From Andalucia godoyi And28 (Eukaryota > Protista > Jakobida): a DNA stretch of 64,000 nt. Both the position numbers and the translations under genes were made by a program. Location: NCBI GenBank assembly GCA_009859145.1, contig VRVR01000038.1:186001-250000 (forward strand), given 5' to 3'. The notes beneath the pieces are model-generated. The model was not told where the DNA came from, did not search any database, and saw only the letters and a program-made list of their open reading frames with translations. Shown here one piece after another: positions 9,470 to 19,519 of the stretch (its first letter is position 1; the number at the start of each line of letters is the position of its first letter).

Positions 9470-11650
9470 ATGAAGTACCCGTTTGTTCGTCGGGACGAGG
9501 GTGCGGTGGTGGAAGCTCATGGGTACAGGGTGGCGGATCCGTATGTGTGGCTTGAAAATGAGAATTCTGACGAGTACAAGCAGTTTGTGGATGTGCAGGC
9601 GGAGTTCACGGAGGTGTTTTTGCAGAAAGAGTGCGGTGCGGTGCGCGAGAAGTTGCGGCTGAAATTGAAAGAGGGTGCAAATTATGAAAAGGTGACTTGT
9701 CCGTATGTTGTTAATGGATCATTGTTCTTTTCTCGAAATGAGGGACTGCAGAATCAGAGTGTTTTGCATGCGATTCGCGATGGCGTCAAGGACGGAAAGA
9801 TGCCTCCTCTTGGCCCGGAACTTGTTTCGGCCGCGAGGATCTTGATTGATCCCAACACCATTGAGGAAGATGGAACGGCTGCACTTTCCATTCAGTCTGT
9901 GTCGCCAGATGCAAAGTATCTTGCGTACTCCGTCAGCTACTCTGGCTCGGACTGGAACACCGGCAAGATCCGCGACATTGAGACAGGAAAAGATCTGGAT
10001 GACGTTATCAAATGGGTCAAGTTTTCGTCATTTTCATGGTCCAAGGACTCGAAGGGTTTCTTTTATTCGAGATATCCCGAGCCGACCGGCGGATATTCCG
10101 CGGCGCTCGAGGACCACAAGGTCTATTATCACCGCATTGGAGATGCGCAGAGCGAGGATACGTTGGTCTTCGAGTATCCTTTGGAGAAGAAGTGGTTCTT
10201 GCATGCTGGCGTATCAAACGATGGACTGTTCGCAGTCGTGACGATCCACGGATCCGCAGCTCCAGAGAATCTTGTCTTTGTCGCGCACATGGATCAGCTG
10301 ACAAAGAGCTTTCCGTCGTCAAAGCTCGAGTTTTGGCCATTGTTTGGGACAGAGCTGAAATTTGAGTACTCGTATGTGACGTCCTTGTCGAAGAATCCCA
10401 ATGTGATGCTGTTTCAGACTTCCAACGGTGCGCCAAAGCGGCGCATTATTGCCGTGACTTTGGATTCCGCTGAGAAGCGGATTGTTGGGGACTTTGTGGA
10501 AGTGGTGCCTGAAGATCCCGTACAGACCGTGAGCTTCACGGGAGAGTCTTCGGCGGATCGGTTGTTGATTGTGCGTCTCAAGGATGCGTATCACACAATG
10601 TTGCTGATTGACCTTTCGGATCTATCCAACGTGATCTCTTCCGAGCTTCCGTTGTCCTCTGGAATTTGCTCAGTTGTCGGATTGTCCACGTCGTTCGACG
10701 ACGATCACATCTTTGTGAAGACGGTTTCTTTCCACGATCCGGGAACAACCATTTATTTCAACATCAACACTCCTTCGGAACAACATGTCGTTTACCAAAC
10801 CGTCTGTGGCTCGTTTCCACAAAAGGACTTTGAGGTCTCGCATTCCTTTTACGAGTCTTTTGACGGAACCAAAGTTCCGATGTTTGTAGTCTCTCGGAAG
10901 TCGTACAGCGGACGCAAGCCAGGCCCTCGTGCGACGTATTTGTACGCGTACGGAGGCTTCAACATTTCGATGACTCCTTCTTTTTCGTCAAGTATCATGA
11001 CGTTTGTGAAGCACTTTGATGGAGTTTTTGCACTGGCGTGCATTCGTGGTGGGGGAGAATATGGGGCGGAAAAGTGGCACAAGGCAGCGATTCGCGAGAA
11101 GCGGTACGTGGCCTTCAATGATTTTCAGACCGCTGCCGAGCACCTGATCAAGCAAGGAACAACGTCTGCAAGCTTACTTTGTATTTCCGGCGGATCCAAC
11201 GGCGGCCTCCTCATGGGTGTGTGTGCAAATCAGCGACCAGATCTTTTCCGGTGCGTTGTTGTGCAGGTTCCTGTGCTGGATATGCTCAAGTTTCACAAGT
11301 TCACGGTCGGCGCAGCATGGAAAGCCGAGTATGGCGACCCAGATGTCGCGGGCGACTTTGAGTATTTGATCAAGTATTCCCCATACCACAACATTCGATC
11401 GGATGTTGTGTATCCTTTTGTTCTTGTAACCACCGGTGATCACGACGATCGCGTCATGCCCGCCCACGCTTTCAAGTACATTGCGCGGCTCCAGCACGAC
11501 AATGCCGAAAACCCAAATCCACTGATGGTACGAATCGAGAAGAAAGCCGGGCATGGAGCTGGAAAACCCACTTCAAAAATCATTGAGGAAAATGCCGACA
11601 TCTACGCATTCATGGCCAACGCGTGCGGCGCCCATTGGATTGACGAGTGA
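9470..11650 (+). CDS. PREP: Prolyl oligopeptidase (S9A)
   Basis: 726 aa. N-terminal DPYVWLE, beta-propeller region, nucleophile GGSNGG, DHDDRV and GHGAGK catalytic motifs. Confidence 0.95.
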   Translation: MKYPFVRRDEGAVVEAHGYRVADPYVWLENENSDEYKQFVDVQAEFTEVFLQKECGAVREKLRLKLKEGANYEKVTCPYVVNGSLFFSRNEGLQNQSVLHAIRDGVKDGKMPPLGPELVSAARILIDPNTIEEDGTAALSIQSVSPDAKYLAYSVSYSGSDWNTGKIRDIETGKDLDDVIKWVKFSSFSWSKDSKGFFYSRYPEPTGGYSAALEDHKVYYHRIGDAQSEDTLVFEYPLEKKWFLHAGVSNDGLFAVVTIHGSAAPENLVFVAHMDQLTKSFPSSKLEFWPLFGTELKFEYSYVTSLSKNPNVMLFQTSNGAPKRRIIAVTLDSAEKRIVGDFVEVVPEDPVQTVSFTGESSADRLLIVRLKDAYHTMLLIDLSDLSNVISSELPLSSGICSVVGLSTSFDDDHIFVKTVSFHDPGTTIYFNINTPSEQHVVYQTVCGSFPQKDFEVSHSFYESFDGTKVPMFVVSRKSYSGRKPGPRATYLYAYGGFNISMTPSFSSSIMTFVKHFDGVFALACIRGGGEYGAEKWHKAAIREKRYVAFNDFQTAAEHLIKQGTTSASLLCISGGSNGGLLMGVCANQRPDLFRCVVVQVPVLDMLKFHKFTVGAAWKAEYGDPDVAGDFEYLIKYSPYHNIRSDVVYPFVLVTTGDHDDRVMPAHAFKYIARLQHDNAENPNPLMVRIEKKAGHGAGKPTSKIIEENADIYAFMANACGAHWIDE

Positions 11651-11861
11651 GCAATCCTCCAGCAGTTGTAGAATGCTGGCCCTTGTTCCTCCCGCCAAAA
11701 ATTATTGGGGTTTTTTCCCTCCAAATAAAACCCATTTTTTCCCTTTTCTATTTAATTTTTCTTTTGGTTTTTTTCTCATTTATTTATGTTGTTTTTCCTC
11801 TCTCCTTTTCAATTTGCATTGGTTGCATTTGCGTCAGTTTTACAAAAAAAAAGAGCCAAAG

Positions 11862-13607
11862 ATGGAGGATGTAAAGCATGAGCTTTCGTCTCGAAAATTG
11901 CAATTTTTGGAGCCTGATCTTCCAAGATTTGTGGAGCTTCAGAACCGGTTTCATTTGACGACATCGTTGCTGGTGTCGAAATGGGATGCATTTCTGCTGA
12001 ATCACAATGGTCTTTCTTCCAATTCATTTGAGATTTTTGCGACTGGACTTGCGAAACAAGCTTCTCGAAAACGCGAACGCGGAATGATGAATGCGGAGTC
12101 AATTGACAAGATCATCCATCCTTCTTCAGCCTCCTCGACCCCAACTTCTTCCTCCAACCCCAGTTTCAATTCCAATTCCAATTCCAACAGTATTAGTAAC
12201 AGTAGTGGTAGTGGTAGTGGAGTGATCAAGTCGATGGGTTCCCCCCCAGCGAGTGTGCCGAGCGTGGTGAAGAGAGCGAACAGTTCGGGGACGTCCACAA
12301 CGAGCGCCGCGGTTGGATCGCCTGGCTTTGCAAGTGTTCTTGGGTCTCCGCCGCAGCCAGCAACATCTGTGCTACGAGATCCAAAGACTTTGCTGTCGCA
12401 TAATGGATCCCTTCCTGCGTATTTCCGGTCTGGGAATGGATCCGATGCAGTTGTGTCGTTATCCGCAAAGAACGACTTGCCGAGATCAAAGTTCAGGTAC
12501 ATGTGGCAGCGAGCTGACGAGATTCGGATGGCGATGGAGGACATCATTTCGATCCGCGGGTCCAAGATTTTGCAGAATGCTGGAATCGACGAGTCGCTGC
12601 TCGTGTCTGCCAACCATGCGTCTGCCGAACCAGTGTTTGTTGTGGGAATGCTGGCACTGGACACATCGGTGCAGTACGGAAAGTTAAACTTGTTCTCCGC
12701 AGAACTTGTTGACGTGGATGGCAACGCGGTGAAACTTGACTTTCGTGATTATCTGCAAAATCAGCAGGCGAATGCAGAACAGAAAACGGAAGACAAGGAA
12801 AATGAGCAGCCCCAGAAGGCGGCGGTGGTCGAAGGGTTGTTTCCTGGACAAATCCTAGTTGTGCAAGGAATGAATGCCGACGGATCTACCTTAATGGTGC
12901 AAAACATCTTTTCCATTGCTCTTGGGCCTCTTAAGCAGCACCCCTTGATGCCAAAGTCGGACGCGGCGCAAGACCAAGGCAGTCCTGGATTCTCGATTTG
13001 TATTCTCGCCGGTCCTTTTGGAGGCTTTGTTCGGGACGCGCTCGCAAAAGCACGACTGTCTCATGCTGTGGTCGTCACGGGAATGCTCACGACGCTCGAG
13101 GAGCGTGCGATCCAGGAATTTCAGTCCGAGGCTGGCATTCCCGTGCTCGTCATTCCGTGTCACGAATCAGAGTCCTCGGACTTCTGTGTGTTTCCTCAAC
13201 CGGGAAATCCGTGCATTGTCGAAGTATCCACAAATCAAAGCAGCTTCTCGCCACTGAGTGTCGGTTTCGTTTCTGTGGATGTTCTTGCGGGGCTTGCAAA
13301 GGAGGAAATGGCGCTCGTGAAGGACCGTGATCGATTTGCATCGTTGTGCCGGCATCTTTTGGACCAAGGCTCATTTTATCCTCTGGTTCCCCCGGCGGAC
13401 AACATTCCCATGGACCTGACATTGTTGGATAAGCTGCAGTTTGCAGATCGACCAAACGTCATAGTGCTTCCGTCGGTGTTGCAACATTTTGTTAAGGATG
13501 TTGATGGAACCATATGCATCAACCCCCGACTTATGCAAAATCGCCAGCTTGCCACTATTCATGTGGGCGCTGATTCTCAAATCCGAGTGGATGTAGAGCG
13601 TATATAA
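11862..13607 (+). CDS. POLA2: DNA polymerase alpha subunit B
   Basis: ATG at 11862 in frame with the long ORF. OB-fold segment with GLFPGQILVVQGMN, then GPF, and QGSFYPLVPP...PNVIVLPSVLQHFVK...CINP as in Pol alpha/epsilon B subunits. Confidence 0.8.
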   Translation: MEDVKHELSSRKLQFLEPDLPRFVELQNRFHLTTSLLVSKWDAFLLNHNGLSSNSFEIFATGLAKQASRKRERGMMNAESIDKIIHPSSASSTPTSSSNPSFNSNSNSNSISNSSGSGSGVIKSMGSPPASVPSVVKRANSSGTSTTSAAVGSPGFASVLGSPPQPATSVLRDPKTLLSHNGSLPAYFRSGNGSDAVVSLSAKNDLPRSKFRYMWQRADEIRMAMEDIISIRGSKILQNAGIDESLLVSANHASAEPVFVVGMLALDTSVQYGKLNLFSAELVDVDGNAVKLDFRDYLQNQQANAEQKTEDKENEQPQKAAVVEGLFPGQILVVQGMNADGSTLMVQNIFSIALGPLKQHPLMPKSDAAQDQGSPGFSICILAGPFGGFVRDALAKARLSHAVVVTGMLTTLEERAIQEFQSEAGIPVLVIPCHESESSDFCVFPQPGNPCIVEVSTNQSSFSPLSVGFVSVDVLAGLAKEEMALVKDRDRFASLCRHLLDQGSFYPLVPPADNIPMDLTLLDKLQFADRPNVIVLPSVLQHFVKDVDGTICINPRLMQNRQLATIHVGADSQIRVDVERI

Positions 13608-13857
13608 CTGTACTGTTGTTGGATGTGGATGCAAATGGACACGCTGAAAAATAAAATAAGTAAATAATTTGTTAAAAAGAAAGAAAGAAATAGAGACAGA
13701 GAGACATGGAGAGAGAGAGAGAGAGAGAGAGCAATCGAAACGACAAAAAAAAACAGCCAAGATACATCTGAAATATACTGAAAATCGCAGCGGAAACCAC
13801 TAGAACAAAAACAAGTAGAACAGAAAGAGATCAAAAAATGGGGACGCTGTTCCAACG

Positions 13858-16242
13858 TTACGCAGACTTCTTCTTCAACACGCTCCGGAAATCGAATTGT
13901 TGCAAGCCGGTGTCCGTCACTACAACATTGGCGCCCCGTGGAGCCGCAACTGCGGGTGGGGGCGGAGAAGTCGCTCGGTCTGGCGTCTTTGCGCCATTTG
14001 AAGGCACTTTCTCATTGGATGCATCCGGCGCCGAGGCATTCGCAGTCGTTGCAACAGCTGGCTCGGGGATTGCCTCTGTCTTGGGAACGCCATGTTGCTT
14101 CTCTTCTGCTGCAGACACAACTGGGGCAGGGGCAGGGGCAGGGGCAGGGGCAGGGGCAGGGGCAGGGGCACTCTGAGCAGTGGTTTCTGGAGACACAGGC
14201 CGCGATCGCACAGGCTTCAAAAGAGACACGGATACCACAGGCGTCGATGCAGATGGTGCAGTGGACAAAACAGGAGGAGATTGTTTCAAAGAACTTGTGG
14301 TCTGTGCAGTAGTTGCCGCGAATGAGGAGGGATCCGGGGAAACCGGTCTTGATCGCACAGGTCTTGGGGGTGCCATGCTTGCCGCAGACGATACTGGTGG
14401 AGGAGCAGGAGCTGCTGCCTCGGAAGCACCTCGAGCTGTGTTGGAACGTTGGCGAGCAGAGCTGGCATCGACGCCAAGCGAATTTCCTGACGAATCAGAA
14501 GCCGCTGCAGTAGTGGCTGCGTATGTTGTGCTCGATGGTCGGTCACGGCGACTTGGCGGTTCTGGCTTCGCAGCCTTGAGGCGTGTAAATTCAGGGGTCT
14601 TTTCAGCATCCGAGGGCTTATCCACGCGAATCGTAGCCTTCTCGACTGGCTTTTCGACGACGTCCTGTTTCTCAATAGATTCTTCCTTCTCCACAACAAC
14701 ATGCACTTTTTCAAAGGATTTTTCGCCAGACGGAGAAACCCGTTCCGCAGGCGAGGTTTCCGCAGCTGTGCTGGGCGTTTTTGGAGGTACTTGCAAAACG
14801 GGTTTCATCTGCGTCTGAACCTTTGATCCAAACGCCTTCCTTTCTCCAGTGCTTGACGCCGACGCCGATGACGCGTGTTGCGGAAGCTGGTCGTTTTCAG
14901 CGTGGGCGTCCAGACCCTTGCTCGTTTCTGCACCAAATGACTGAGATCCACGGTGCGGAGAAACTCTGGCGGACGTTCGAGGGCTGGGAGCGACTGGTTG
15001 GAGTGTATTCGAGCTGGAAGATGAACTCTGGGCATCTGGAATCTCCGAGATTGAAGCAGAGCTACGCTGATTCCTCTTTGCAAGCGCCTTTTGCAGTTCA
15101 TTAAAATCGCCCAGTGCCGACGATCTCGCACTTGGAGTCCCCGCGTGCAGAGAGCTAGATGACGCTGAGGAGGCCACGCTCGTCGGTGTTGACGAAGCCG
15201 ACCCCGCAGCTGAGGACGAATCTCCTTCCGATGCTGGTGCGGTCTTGTGTGTCTTCTTCAGCATCATCTCCAGTTCGTTCTTCATATTCCCAGCAATTCC
15301 ATGTCGCTTTGCACCAGGAGGCGAAGTGCTCGGAGACCCAACCACATTCGACGGTTTCTCTCCAACAGCCAAGGGCGTCGCAGAGGGTACTGCAATCGAC
15401 GGTGCCCCAGTTGCTGTCGATGAAGTACGGCTACCACTCCTGTTATTACCATCACTACCACCATTACTATTATAATTATGATTATTGCTGTTAGCGTTGG
15501 CGTTGGCGCGGCTGCTTGTATCGTTGCCACTGCTGGGCATTGGAGTCGACGAGGAAACCAAGTTTGGAGTGGGCAACGACACTGGAACTGCAGATGATGC
15601 AGAAGAGCCTGGATTCGTGATGGCGACATTTGCCGGTTGTCGGCGGCCTGCTCGCCCGGGACGACCCTTTGCAAGATGCAGCAAACCGTCCGCAGCAGGG
15701 ATCTCATCTGGATTCACAACCATTTTCACCGCGACTCGCTCCCCCTCTCTCCTCCTTTCATTCTCTTTTTCTCTTTCCGTCTCCTTTCCGTCTCCTTCTT
15801 CTGCATGCATAGGAGCCTCAGGGCGCCTGTGTGTCGACTGCGCCGCAGACAAAGAGGATGGATGGCGGTCCTCGTTTGGATGCGCAAGCGGATTTGCTTG
15901 GAAAACCGAGATTCCTCTCTTATCTCGAGTCGCGTCCTTCCTAGTCGTGGCTATCGTGGCGGTGGCCTCTGCAGCAATCCGATCGTGCACCGCTGAGTTG
16001 TTCGTCAACAGCGAATGCACCATCACCGCAAGATACACGCCGTACTGCTGGTGCGGAAGACACGCCTTGATTCCCGGCTCATGCACAGCCCAGTCAAAAG
16101 GTGTCTCATTGGACTCAGACACACTCGACGACGAATGAATACTCGCTTGCGACACGGCATATGCCTCTATATCACGGATCCCAGGATACCGTGTCAGCAG
16201 ATCAAGAGCCACCGAAAACGCCTCTGATTCGCGATTCGACAT
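13858..16242 (-). CDS. Large S/A/P-rich disordered protein with a C-terminal DFRxxL-like motif
   Basis: 794-aa ATG-started ORF; small N-terminal folded-looking region; (PA)n run; ends QFDFRSVLKKKSA. Confidence 0.7.
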   Translation of the reverse strand: MSNRESEAFSVALDLLTRYPGIRDIEAYAVSQASIHSSSSVSESNETPFDWAVHEPGIKACLPHQQYGVYLAVMVHSLLTNNSAVHDRIAAEATATIATTRKDATRDKRGISVFQANPLAHPNEDRHPSSLSAAQSTHRRPEAPMHAEEGDGKETEREKENERRREGERVAVKMVVNPDEIPAADGLLHLAKGRPGRAGRRQPANVAITNPGSSASSAVPVSLPTPNLVSSSTPMPSSGNDTSSRANANANSNNHNYNSNGGSDGNNRSGSRTSSTATGAPSIAVPSATPLAVGEKPSNVVGSPSTSPPGAKRHGIAGNMKNELEMMLKKTHKTAPASEGDSSSAAGSASSTPTSVASSASSSSLHAGTPSARSSALGDFNELQKALAKRNQRSSASISEIPDAQSSSSSSNTLQPVAPSPRTSARVSPHRGSQSFGAETSKGLDAHAENDQLPQHASSASASSTGERKAFGSKVQTQMKPVLQVPPKTPSTAAETSPAERVSPSGEKSFEKVHVVVEKEESIEKQDVVEKPVEKATIRVDKPSDAEKTPEFTRLKAAKPEPPSRRDRPSSTTYAATTAAASDSSGNSLGVDASSARQRSNTARGASEAAAPAPPPVSSAASMAPPRPVRSRPVSPDPSSFAATTAQTTSSLKQSPPVLSTAPSASTPVVSVSLLKPVRSRPVSPETTAQSAPAPAPAPAPAPAPAPVVSAAEEKQHGVPKTEAIPEPAVATTANASAPDASNEKVPSNGAKTPDRATSPPPPAVAAPRGANVVVTDTGLQQFDFRSVLKKKSA
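14123..14170. repeat. (GGGGCA)8 hexamer repeat encoding a Pro-Ala run on the minus strand
   Basis: Read directly. Confidence 0.9.
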
Positions 16243-16325
16243 ATTCTATTTTGATGATCGCCCTTTTTTCTCACCGTTCCTTCAGCTCTGCGTGAAAAAT
16301 TATTAAAATTTGAATTTAAAAACAA

Positions 16326-16367
16326 AAACTGAAACTGAAACTAAAACTGAAACTGAAACTGAAACTG
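16326..16367. repeat. (AAACTG)~7 intergenic microsatellite
   Basis: Read directly; one variant unit. Confidence 0.85.
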
Positions 16368-16542
16368 AAATCAAAAACAATACAGCAAATATAGGACTTC
16401 TTTTGTGAATTCCAGGCTGATTTTTGACCGCCAGCCACGACCATTGAGTCCGTGGAAGTGCAGGGCTGTTCTAGCATCAACTCGGCAGGCTGAAGATGAG
16501 GAGCATTTTACAGTCGATTTCTTGTTATTTTCACAGCAGCCT

Positions 16543-16605
16543 GCAGTTGTTGCAGTTGTTGCAGTTGTTGCAGTTGTTGCAGTTGTTGCAGTTGTTGCAG
16601 TTGTT
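16543..16605. repeat. (GCAGTTGTT)~7 tandem repeat upstream of the 16675 gene
   Basis: Read directly. Confidence 0.85.
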
Positions 16606-16674
16606 GTTGTTGGCGTTTCCATTGCATTGCGACGTGTGAACGGCGGGTCGAGGGCGTCAGAAGACAGAGAGTGA

Positions 16675-17520
16675 ATGGCGCGTGAAAGTGGGGTGTTCTT
16701 GGTGGTTGCAATTGTATTTGTAGTACAATTGGTGCATCTCCCGCTGCTGTTTGCGTGGTTTCCTCTGACTCACGAGTATATGGGCTGTGCACACACACCC
16801 GTTTCACCGCTTCCTGCGCCGCTGCCGTCTTTTTGTGCGGGCGCAGCATCACCAGATGCTCTCAAGCTGGTGTCTGGTTCGCTGCATTCGTTTGAGTTCG
16901 CGTGCCTCCTCGCATCTGTTGCACTTTCTCCCAATCCCAACTCGACGCACTCGAGCGCATCGCTTGGCGCGTTTGCTCTGGGGTTCGGGACCCATCTTGT
17001 CCACGACGCAATTGGGCATCATGCAAATGGGTTCCTGACACCCGAGCACGACCATCCTCTGGAGTTTGCAACAGATGCATTTGTGTTCCATGGCATGGGT
17101 TTCCGAGTGCTCGAGCATTTTCCGCGGGACTGTGCTGTGCCGGTGGCTTCCGTTGCTGCATCCTACACGAACACCTCGCAGCAGATCGTTGTAGACGCAA
17201 TTGAAAAGTTCAATGCGGGGCTCGATGCCCTTGCGCTGCTGCTGGTTCCGTACGACAGGGAGGTGTACCAGCCGGAAATGAGAGACTGGTCTGTTTGTGG
17301 CACGCAGGCTGCGTGGGAGACTGTGCTGAGCGAGTGGCAAACTTCCCTTGCGTGGGTCGAAAAGTCTGTTATGCTCTGGATGGATGCAGCAAGAAGTGTG
17401 TGTGCAACGTCGAAGGGAGCAGAAGAGGCCGTTCGGAATGGAACTGCAATCGCTGCGCTCGTGGATAAGACCGTCCAAGACCTTTTTCACGCTCACAACG
17501 GAACCGTGTGTCCAGCCTAG
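16675..17520 (+). CDS. Secreted zinc-dependent phospholipase C-like protein (GPI-PLD catalytic domain/P1 nuclease fold)
   Basis: Signal peptide ending LFA|W. Ligand pattern W-x4-H, GAASPD, SLH, LGFGTHLVHDAIGH and HPLEFATD matches the Zn_dep_PLPC family. Confidence 0.75.
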   Translation: MARESGVFLVVAIVFVVQLVHLPLLFAWFPLTHEYMGCAHTPVSPLPAPLPSFCAGAASPDALKLVSGSLHSFEFACLLASVALSPNPNSTHSSASLGAFALGFGTHLVHDAIGHHANGFLTPEHDHPLEFATDAFVFHGMGFRVLEHFPRDCAVPVASVAASYTNTSQQIVVDAIEKFNAGLDALALLLVPYDREVYQPEMRDWSVCGTQAAWETVLSEWQTSLAWVEKSVMLWMDAARSVCATSKGAEEAVRNGTAIAALVDKTVQDLFHAHNGTVCPA

Positions 17521-17784
17521 ACAGGCAGAAGCAGCGCATCTGTCATACCTACCGACCAACGTTCTGGGCAGCCCCCCGCCTTTTCGTTTTTAAAAAAAAT
17601 GCAGTCATCATAACAGTAATAGCATTTACTAGTAGTGTCTGTTAAACAAAAAAAAAAAAAGGAAAAAGAAAGAGTGCAAAAGCGGAATGTTTGCCACAAG
17701 AAGAGAAAGGGGGGACGGGAGGTGAACACAACAACAACAACGCAACGCACTTTGAAAAGAAAACTTGGAGCACGGAAGCAAGCA

Positions 17785-18861
17785 CTACATTTGTGCATAA
17801 ATACCTCCCGAGTCAACTGGATCATCGGGGCTTCGTGGAAGCGAGCCAGCAGCAGAAGAATCGCTGGTTGCGGACGGCGATTGAGAATCGAACAGCGACA
17901 TGTACCGCTGTCGAATTCCGAATCGTCGAAAGAGATAGTCTGGGTCCTGGTTGAACTTGATCCATCCAACCTGTCTTCTTACGCGGGGAATCGGCAACTT
18001 TGAATGTGTCAGCAGCCTTTGTTTTCCGATCCACAAAAACAGACCATCGAGAAGGGCGCAGATAAACGCGAGGACGCACGCCGCAATGACCATTCCGAAC
18101 GCGGGTCCAAGTGTGAATCCGTACAGAGACGACGACGAATCAGAATCATCGTCGTTGGAACGGAATCTGCTGCCAAGGTTCCCATGGTTATCATTTGCGG
18201 AGTACACGATTAGGCCAATCGCCAGGAGTACCGCAGCGCTCAGCGAAGAAAACAGCCGGAGCTGCGCAGTTTCCACGAACCTTTTGAACGCCCCGAGTTC
18301 CTCAGTCGTGCCGAGTCTGCGAACGCAAAACATGAACGCAAAGAAAATGTCCAGGATCATCAGCGCCATGGAGAACACAAGGAATGCAAATCCTGCGAGA
18401 AAGAACGGCTGAGAGTTCCCAAGAGCCGCAGCAAACTGTTTCCACTCATTGCATTTTGAAAACCCCATGAAGCAAATGTCGTTCACAAGCTGTCCAAACG
18501 AATCGAAGGTCACGAGCCTGGAGCAGTCTGCAGACGATTTGCTGCCCGTAGTGGGCGAGTTGCATGTGTCGATCAAGACGCGCATCGACGCACTCACGAA
18601 CATCGCAGCAGTCGACACCTTCTGCGGCGCAACCATCTGAAAAAACTCCGCGACGACCTCAGGCGAGCGCCCAGAAACCAAGCACGGACCTTCAATGAAC
18701 ACGTTAATCCCAATGCACTGGATCCATGCAGTGTCCCACGCAGTACTGAACAAAACAACCGCACTTAGCACCAGCACAGGCACACAAAACACAAACGTAA
18801 TCATCGTCCAGACAGCCGTCAACGTCGAAGATCCTCGTCTCCATATCCCATCCGCATCCAT
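17785..18861 (-). CDS. Four-TM claudin/PMP22-superfamily-like membrane protein
   Basis: Four hydrophobic helices, Cys-containing first extracellular loop, LGPAFGM motif before TM4 and a cytosolic tail. Confidence 0.55.
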   Translation of the reverse strand: MDADGIWRRGSSTLTAVWTMITFVFCVPVLVLSAVVLFSTAWDTAWIQCIGINVFIEGPCLVSGRSPEVVAEFFQMVAPQKVSTAAMFVSASMRVLIDTCNSPTTGSKSSADCSRLVTFDSFGQLVNDICFMGFSKCNEWKQFAAALGNSQPFFLAGFAFLVFSMALMILDIFFAFMFCVRRLGTTEELGAFKRFVETAQLRLFSSLSAAVLLAIGLIVYSANDNHGNLGSRFRSNDDDSDSSSSLYGFTLGPAFGMVIAACVLAFICALLDGLFLWIGKQRLLTHSKLPIPRVRRQVGWIKFNQDPDYLFRRFGIRQRYMSLFDSQSPSATSDSSAAGSLPRSPDDPVDSGGIYAQM

Positions 18862-18950
18862 CCTACTCTATCCCTACCCGTATACCCAAACCTAAGAAAA
18901 TTCCTAGTCCCGAAACAGACCCGCCTTTCTCTTATCCTTATCGTTCCACA

Positions 18951-19519
18951 GACGCTATTATTACCGATGAATAATAGCACGTCATTGTTATGCATATACG
19001 GAAGTATCCATAAGCAGCAGACACGGTCGACACTGGCCGACACTAGCACGTTTGTTTCACAGGCATTCGTGCTTACACACGCTCGGCCAAAATTCAGCCG
19101 GTGACACAGGCTCTGCATTTTCGACACTCTTTAATGTAGCATCCATAGCCATCTATTCTATCATTCGTTGGTTTGGTTTTTTGGTTTCACTTTTTTAATT
19201 CAAATATGGGCGTGAGTGCGCTGGGACGACGCATTCGCCTACACCTACGCCTACTCCGCTCGATACAGGGCCTCCTAGGTCCCGCAGACCTCCTAAGAGA
19301 CCGCGTGTCACTACACCTACTGCTAGGGCTGTCAGAATCAAAATGCACCCTTCTCAGCAACACCGTGTCACGCTGAGAAAGTGGCCCACCGATTGATCGA
19401 GATTGGGAACGGAGCGCGGAACATTTATCTGAAGAACGCCGAGAGGCGTGTTGGGGCCTATCCCCTTCCCGGCAACGAGATGCAAGATTGAGTATGCATG
19501 TCTACGGATAGACATGCAT
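18951..19519 (+). ncRNA. Candidate structured non-coding RNA region (one or more RNAs; family unassigned)
   Basis: No credible ORF. At least six stems, GNRA loops (GGAA, GAGA) and G-U pairs that work only on the + strand. Confidence 0.35.

Noticed and set aside
16326-16605. Tandem repeats as a CRISPR-like array
   Set aside because: Simple 6-9-bp microsatellites with no spacers; similar repeats occur throughout intergenic DNA.
19100-19300. Minus-strand GGAGGTCTGCG and ATGCAGAGCC as RNase P CR-I/CR-V
   Set aside because: Bulge geometry is wrong and the intervening sequence is A-rich and unstructured.
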